From contig CAVYHJ010000002.1 of assembly GCA_963768165.1 (NCBI GenBank), forward strand, positions 52,011-116,010: 64,000 nucleotides of DNA, read 5' to 3'. Shown piece after piece: positions 59,133 through 64,000 of this stretch. Under the pieces are notes generated by a model. That model saw only the letters and a list, made by a program, of their open reading frames with translations. It did no database searches and was not told where the DNA came from. This DNA is from an uncultured bacterium (GTDB lineage Bacteria; UBP4; UBA4092). The translations under genes were made by a program, and so were the position numbers. Each line of letters starts with the position of its first letter. Position 1 is the stretch's first letter.

Positions 59133-59993
59133 TTATGATTCCAAACATCGAGTCATCCAATCCTGAATAATATCCAGGGGATTTTCGCTGACGATTTCTG
59201 TATTTTTCCTCGGACGAATCCGATCTTCCACATCAAATAAACTTTCATAGGCAATGAGAAGTTGGGATTGTTGAAAGTTCCTCTCGAATTGTTGAATCGC
59301 TTCCTTTTGGTCTGAATCAAAATACCATGCTTTGGGCATCTCTTGATTGGTAATCACAATTCTTAAAGACTCCCGCATCCGTTTGGAAATGGATTCACAA
59401 AGTTTATTGACTTTACTTTTCGGTGTAGTCCCCACCAGGTCTTGAAAAATAAGAACGGCATCGTCCAATTTCCTAGAAGCGACAGCGTTGATCAGTGTCC
59501 CCAACTTAAACCCGGTCTCCGTCTCAATAATCTGTCCTTCTTTTTGAATAAATTTATAAAAGGAAGAGCGCTTGTCAATCCAACGCTTTTTCTCGTCGTC
59601 CACCCAAAAAAGAAAAATGGCGACGCACGTAGGATTTTCCTGTTCACCCAATTCTCTCATCTCTTCCATCATACTTTCCATATCTTTGGATAACTTTTTA
59701 CTGCGCTGGATGAGCGGACAATCGTTGAAAACAATCACTCGGCGTGGAGCAAGAAATGGCATGGTATCCAGAAAATCGCGATTATCACGAAATACTTTTA
59801 CGTCAAAATCCGCCTGCAAATAATTCCCGTCACGGAATTCTTTCGGAAGAATCTCATCCAAAACCAATCCTAAAAATTCATTAATCTGGGACTCTTCTTC
59901 GCCATGTATCAGATAAACAGGATGAATAGTGCCTTTTTTTATGTTATCAAGAATATCTCTGACAGATGAGGTTGCAATATTTTTTTGAGCCAT
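59133..59993 (-). CDS. holA: DNA polymerase III delta subunit-like, short/atypical
   Basis: PVYLIHGEE, TMPFLAPRRVIV; adjacent to holB; only 286 aa. Confidence 0.7.
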   Translation of the reverse strand: MAQKNIATSSVRDILDNIKKGTIHPVYLIHGEEESQINEFLGLVLDEILPKEFRDGNYLQADFDVKVFRDNRDFLDTMPFLAPRRVIVFNDCPLIQRSKKLSKDMESMMEEMRELGEQENPTCVAIFLFWVDDEKKRWIDKRSSFYKFIQKEGQIIETETGFKLGTLINAVASRKLDDAVLIFQDLVGTTPKSKVNKLCESISKRMRESLRIVITNQEMPKAWYFDSDQKEAIQQFERNFQQSQLLIAYESLFDVEDRIRPRKNTEIVSENPLDIIQDWMTRCLES

Positions 59994-62492
59994 TTATATA
60001 AATCCGTCAAAATTAGTTTGAACCGCACCTGATTTTTCTTTTTTGCCGAGTTTGATTTGATCTACTATGTTAATCAATTGTGTATCATTACTCTTCAAAT
60101 TTTTATATTCTTGTTTAAAGGTTTCAAAATAAATAACCTTCCAATTGCCTTGTTGATATTCCTGGAAAAACATGGGTGATTTAAGTTTTCGTTTCAATTG
60201 TTCTTCCCGTGCCTCCGGAAGAATCATATATCGTTCGATGTCACCTGTGATATTTGAACCGCGCACCAACGCACTGGTCATGGAGGTCGTTGCCTCAATT
60301 TCAAATACATGAGTAATCGTCCGGTTCTTTATCCAGAGTACATCAATTTGTCCAACGGTATCCAGATTGGTCGCATTCTTAATTACAGAAAGTTCTATAT
60401 TCACATAATTGCTTAGTTTTAATGTTTTGCCTGTTATCGTAGAAACAGTTTCTGACTGTTCCTTTTTGCCAACCCAGACTTTATAACCTAATTGATCCCC
60501 TAGTTCGGACAACATACTAATTAATAATCCATGTTCCCTTTGGGCTTGCTTGATTTCCGGTTTTAACATCCAATATCCACCGGATACTTCACGAGCATAA
60601 ATTTGCAACGCTTCTTTGATGCTGGTGCTGTCAGTGGTTAACGAGTTCGGAAATTGAATACTGACTTTTTCCCAAGCATCTGTAAAAGTGATTCTGACAT
60701 CGGAATTTAACAAACGATAGATCACTTCCTCCACTCTTTCCAATAAGGGGACATCTTCAATTCTTGTCTTTTTCAGAACCTCTTCGGTCAACCACCACAA
60801 TTCACCTTTAGCGCCTCCTATTTCGGCAGGTACAAGACAAAATTCTTTTTTAAGATGGTCTTCCAATACAGTTTTAATATCCAGTCCGGTATCCAAACTG
60901 GAAAAATAACCATTTTTCGCCAAGACCGGATCAACATAATTAATAATCAATGTATAAGGAGTTGGTTCTGCCCTTTCAGCAATTAGATGAATGGTAGTGT
61001 CTACTACGATAGATTCAAAACGTCGCGTATCAATTTCTTGTGGTTCTTTCTTACCCAAGTCAAACGAAGGTTTATGAAATCGTAAATAAAAGTCTCCGGT
61101 TGCAGAACCAAATGGTTGGAGTAACGATTTTGCCGAGGGTCTTGCCAATTCTTGATGGTGAATCTTTTGAAATTCAAAACCAGCAAAGGTTGCCGCACGA
61201 ATGGTTGCGTTACGGACTTTAAAAGTGGGGCTATGAAAAGTTACCGTGCAATAAGAGTCCGGCTTTATGATATTAAACATTTCTGTAAATGCCCTCCGTA
61301 ACATGGCATGATATACGTCAAAATCTTTACCCTGTCTTTCATTTCTAACAATTTCCTTAGATACGATTTCTTCAAGATAACCTTTTGAGTGCGTCAGCCA
61401 GGCAACCCAGAGAAAAGCCAATTCACCGAATTGTACAGCCGCATCATAGGGGGGATCTGTGAAAATGTAATCAATGCATTGACTGTGTTGTCTTTCTATT
61501 TTTTCCATGAAATCCAAGGAATCACCGCGCAAAATAAATATATCCGCTTTCTTATTGAGTACCTCAGAAATGGTTTTACCAAACTTGATTTTTGAATAAT
61601 ATTTATTCGACTCTTTTTTTGCTTCAATGATTCCTTGAGGGCCCAAAATCGAACTTTCAAATTTATCCCATACGTTTTGCTCCATAAAGGTTTCTGCATA
61701 CCAGTAACTATGTTCATTCCAAACCGAACTGAAAGGTCTTGTGGGTCGAACGGGCATCATCCGAGTACATAAATGAATAATAGAGACAAAAGAAATTACC
61801 AGAAAATCGTGTAAATCCTGTTTCTTTTCTTGTTGGATGGCATCATAAAGAATTGATGCTGCCAACAAATTTTTTTTAGTAAATAATTCATCCAATGACT
61901 CGTATTGTTGCTTCTCTTTAAAGGGTGAACCGTCGGGATAGTAGAGCGGATTTTGTGGATACCAGTATTTAATTTTCGTTTTGTTAATCTCCTCGATTAA
62001 GTCCTTATCTCCTTTTGTTAATCGGCATCCTTTTTCCTGACGGTCTTTACAATAAGGACAAACATAACGAATTTCTTTACATTTATCACTAGACCAAATT
62101 GCACAAGCGATGGGAATTTCTCTTTTGCAGGAACGACAATTGGTTACATAGAGTTCGAGAATTTTGTCTTTAACCTTCTTTTCAATCCGATGAAACGCAT
62201 CCTCAAGTTCTTGCAGGTCAACGGGTTTAATTGTTAGGCGTAATATTTCAGTTGAAATGGGTAACAAATCACAACAAATAACTCGTTTCCCCTGTTTCAA
62301 CGATTCCAATGCCGTTACACCACTTCCAGAAAATGGGTCAAATACAACACCATTCTCAGGACAATACGCTTTGATGTGTTCCGCTACAACATTCCATGTT
62401 TTTCTCGACCAGAATTTATGCCAAACATACATGGAAGTGTGCGCCATGGGAGGCATATTTCTTTCAATATGAGTGAAGGATTTGGCAATCAT
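59994..62492 (-). CDS. N6-adenine DNA methyltransferase fused to a C-terminal PD-(D/E)XK-like domain
   Basis: FDPFSGSGVT (motif I), CxxC/CxxC insert, FTDPPY (motif IV), C-terminal IDVLW...FEIE. Confidence 0.82.
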   Translation of the reverse strand: MIAKSFTHIERNMPPMAHTSMYVWHKFWSRKTWNVVAEHIKAYCPENGVVFDPFSGSGVTALESLKQGKRVICCDLLPISTEILRLTIKPVDLQELEDAFHRIEKKVKDKILELYVTNCRSCKREIPIACAIWSSDKCKEIRYVCPYCKDRQEKGCRLTKGDKDLIEEINKTKIKYWYPQNPLYYPDGSPFKEKQQYESLDELFTKKNLLAASILYDAIQQEKKQDLHDFLVISFVSIIHLCTRMMPVRPTRPFSSVWNEHSYWYAETFMEQNVWDKFESSILGPQGIIEAKKESNKYYSKIKFGKTISEVLNKKADIFILRGDSLDFMEKIERQHSQCIDYIFTDPPYDAAVQFGELAFLWVAWLTHSKGYLEEIVSKEIVRNERQGKDFDVYHAMLRRAFTEMFNIIKPDSYCTVTFHSPTFKVRNATIRAATFAGFEFQKIHHQELARPSAKSLLQPFGSATGDFYLRFHKPSFDLGKKEPQEIDTRRFESIVVDTTIHLIAERAEPTPYTLIINYVDPVLAKNGYFSSLDTGLDIKTVLEDHLKKEFCLVPAEIGGAKGELWWLTEEVLKKTRIEDVPLLERVEEVIYRLLNSDVRITFTDAWEKVSIQFPNSLTTDSTSIKEALQIYAREVSGGYWMLKPEIKQAQREHGLLISMLSELGDQLGYKVWVGKKEQSETVSTITGKTLKLSNYVNIELSVIKNATNLDTVGQIDVLWIKNRTITHVFEIEATTSMTSALVRGSNITGDIERYMILPEAREEQLKRKLKSPMFFQEYQQGNWKVIYFETFKQEYKNLKSNDTQLINIVDQIKLGKKEKSGAVQTNFDGFI

Positions 62493-62515
62493 AATTGTTG
62501 GTTATTGTAACATAA

Positions 62516-63844
62516 TCATATTTTTAAGCGTGTAGAAAATAGATGTCCCAGTTGTGTAAATAATTTTTGGGGTACGGCAGTGAACTGGTTAATGACGACT
62601 TGATTAAATGGAGTCAAGCCGTCTCTGTCCAAAAGGTTGGTCACATATTGAAACATTAATCCGAAATTCCAGAGGATTAGGACAATACCGACAGCATACA
62701 CTATTTTTTTGTAATTTTGCGCAAAGAGATATTCAAATAAACCGGGAAGACCGAAAATGAACAACGGGCTGGATGACAAGAACATTCGATGCCCGAAGGA
62801 ATGAGCGCCCCACCAGGTTCTCCAGGAACCGATAATCCAGAGTTGGATGAGAAAAATAATAACGAGAGACAGGGTTAAAGATTTTTCTTTTTTGTAAAAA
62901 TAGATAAGTCCGATTATTCCGACCAGAAAGATAGGATTCCATGTTAGCAAGCCGTGCCTCCCGGAAAATAACACTCCAATGATATGGGGATGCAGAAAAT
63001 TCATGTGCGCTCCAACTTCTTCCGACTGCGGACCGCTGAAATAAGAACCGAAAATCCCTTTCCAAGCGAGCATTTCAGGCAGGAAAGCAATGATAAAGCA
63101 AATAATGAAAACAAGAATTTTTCGGGGACAGGGAAAAGAAGTTTCAGGCGGCTTTTTAAATATCAGACAGAATATCGGTACAAATACAAATAGAATATCC
63201 TGTAACCTGACCATAGACATTAAACCGGCAGACAGTCCCAAAAATATCCAATCCATCAAAGAGTTTTTTCCATCCAAATAAATCCTGCACCATAAAAATA
63301 GAAATAGAGCAACGGCAAACAGCGAGTTGGCGTGCGCCATAGAAGGATGTAAATACATATAGAAAACAAGAGGAGAGCTTAACCAAAAAATCAATATGGC
63401 GGCGAACACCGATTCCTTTGAAAAGAATCGAATTGCCATTTTATAAATTAATAAAAGCCCAATAAATCCGTAAAGCGAAGATGCGAAACAGACAGCGACC
63501 ACATAAAGCGCTGAATAGCCGTCCGCCGGCGCGATATGGAATATTAAATTTATATAGTGCGCCGCGATATAAAAAGGCGACCATAAAACCGCCGACCCGA
63601 TAGGGACTCCCACAACCGGTCTCCCGGTGACGGTACTATGTCCCACAATAACATATTGATTCCCGTAATGGGCAAATTCATTGGTAAAATCCAAATCGTG
63701 ATCGAAAAATAATGAGCGGAGGTAAACGTAATATCCAATTCCATCATTCCCAATAACCCGGGGTGTCAAAAGAACAATTAATAACAAGACATAGACAAGA
63801 ATCAGAATTTTTGCATAGTTTGGTGTCTTTTTAAATATCGCCAT
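62516..63844 (-). CDS. Polytopic membrane glycosyltransferase (GT-C/PMT-like)
   Basis: DGIGYYVYLRS...DLDF, ~11 TM helices, WWGAHSFGHR. Confidence 0.75.
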   Translation of the reverse strand: MAIFKKTPNYAKILILVYVLLLIVLLTPRVIGNDGIGYYVYLRSLFFDHDLDFTNEFAHYGNQYVIVGHSTVTGRPVVGVPIGSAVLWSPFYIAAHYINLIFHIAPADGYSALYVVAVCFASSLYGFIGLLLIYKMAIRFFSKESVFAAILIFWLSSPLVFYMYLHPSMAHANSLFAVALFLFLWCRIYLDGKNSLMDWIFLGLSAGLMSMVRLQDILFVFVPIFCLIFKKPPETSFPCPRKILVFIICFIIAFLPEMLAWKGIFGSYFSGPQSEEVGAHMNFLHPHIIGVLFSGRHGLLTWNPIFLVGIIGLIYFYKKEKSLTLSLVIIFLIQLWIIGSWRTWWGAHSFGHRMFLSSSPLFIFGLPGLFEYLFAQNYKKIVYAVGIVLILWNFGLMFQYVTNLLDRDGLTPFNQVVINQFTAVPQKLFTQLGHLFSTRLKI

Positions 63845-64000
63845 TATCCCGCCAAAGAAATAAGCTCTTTGGGAAATTGAGTTAGTATTCGATGCCCTGT
63901 TTCGGTGACAACAATTAAATCCTCAATACGGACACCACCAATATTTTCCAAATAAATACCAGGCTCCACGGTAACCACCATTCCTGGTTTAAGGATATAC
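63844..64000 (-). CDS. Xaa-Pro peptidase (M24) C-terminus, truncated by window edge
   Basis: [14 protein letters not shown]...GGVRIED. Confidence 0.92.
   Translation of the reverse strand, partial: YILKPGMVVTVEPGIYLENIGGVRIEDLIVVTETGHRILTQFPKELISLAG

Overview
Chromosomal window from a moderately AT-rich diderm bacterium (TolC and LptF/G present; lineage cannot be fixed from sequence alone). Housekeeping blocks: rplU-rpmA-obgE-proB, rpsB-tsf-pyrH-frr-uppS-cdsA-lptG, holA/holB, glnE, glnD, polX, thrB, tRNA-Ser(TGA), preT-preA/hydA, two ABC/TolC efflux loci and a C25 peptidase. Accessory pieces sit between them, several bracketed by duplicated or decayed copies of neighbouring DNA: (1) tandem secreted ankyrin genes sharing a 3' end; (2) an MNT-HEPN toxin-antitoxin pair between the intact tag 3' end and a decayed copy of it, followed by a solo PD-(D/E)XK-like nuclease; (3) an intact IS5 element inserted at the exact centre of a 26-bp palindrome, an adjacent 139-bp MITE with the same ends, and an internally deleted relic of the same IS 15 kb away; (4) an orphan Rhs toxin/immunity cassette with two more Rhs-core fragments; (5) a 1234-aa GGDEF + double P-loop STAND + TPR gene flanked by a ~55-bp direct repeat, my best candidate for an undescribed system; (6) a methyltransferase-nuclease fusion abutting a holA that appears to lack its middle domain. 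REP-like palindromes and heptamer repeats recur in intergenic DNA. No CRISPR array or rRNA was seen. All calls come from motif recognition by eye, not database searches.
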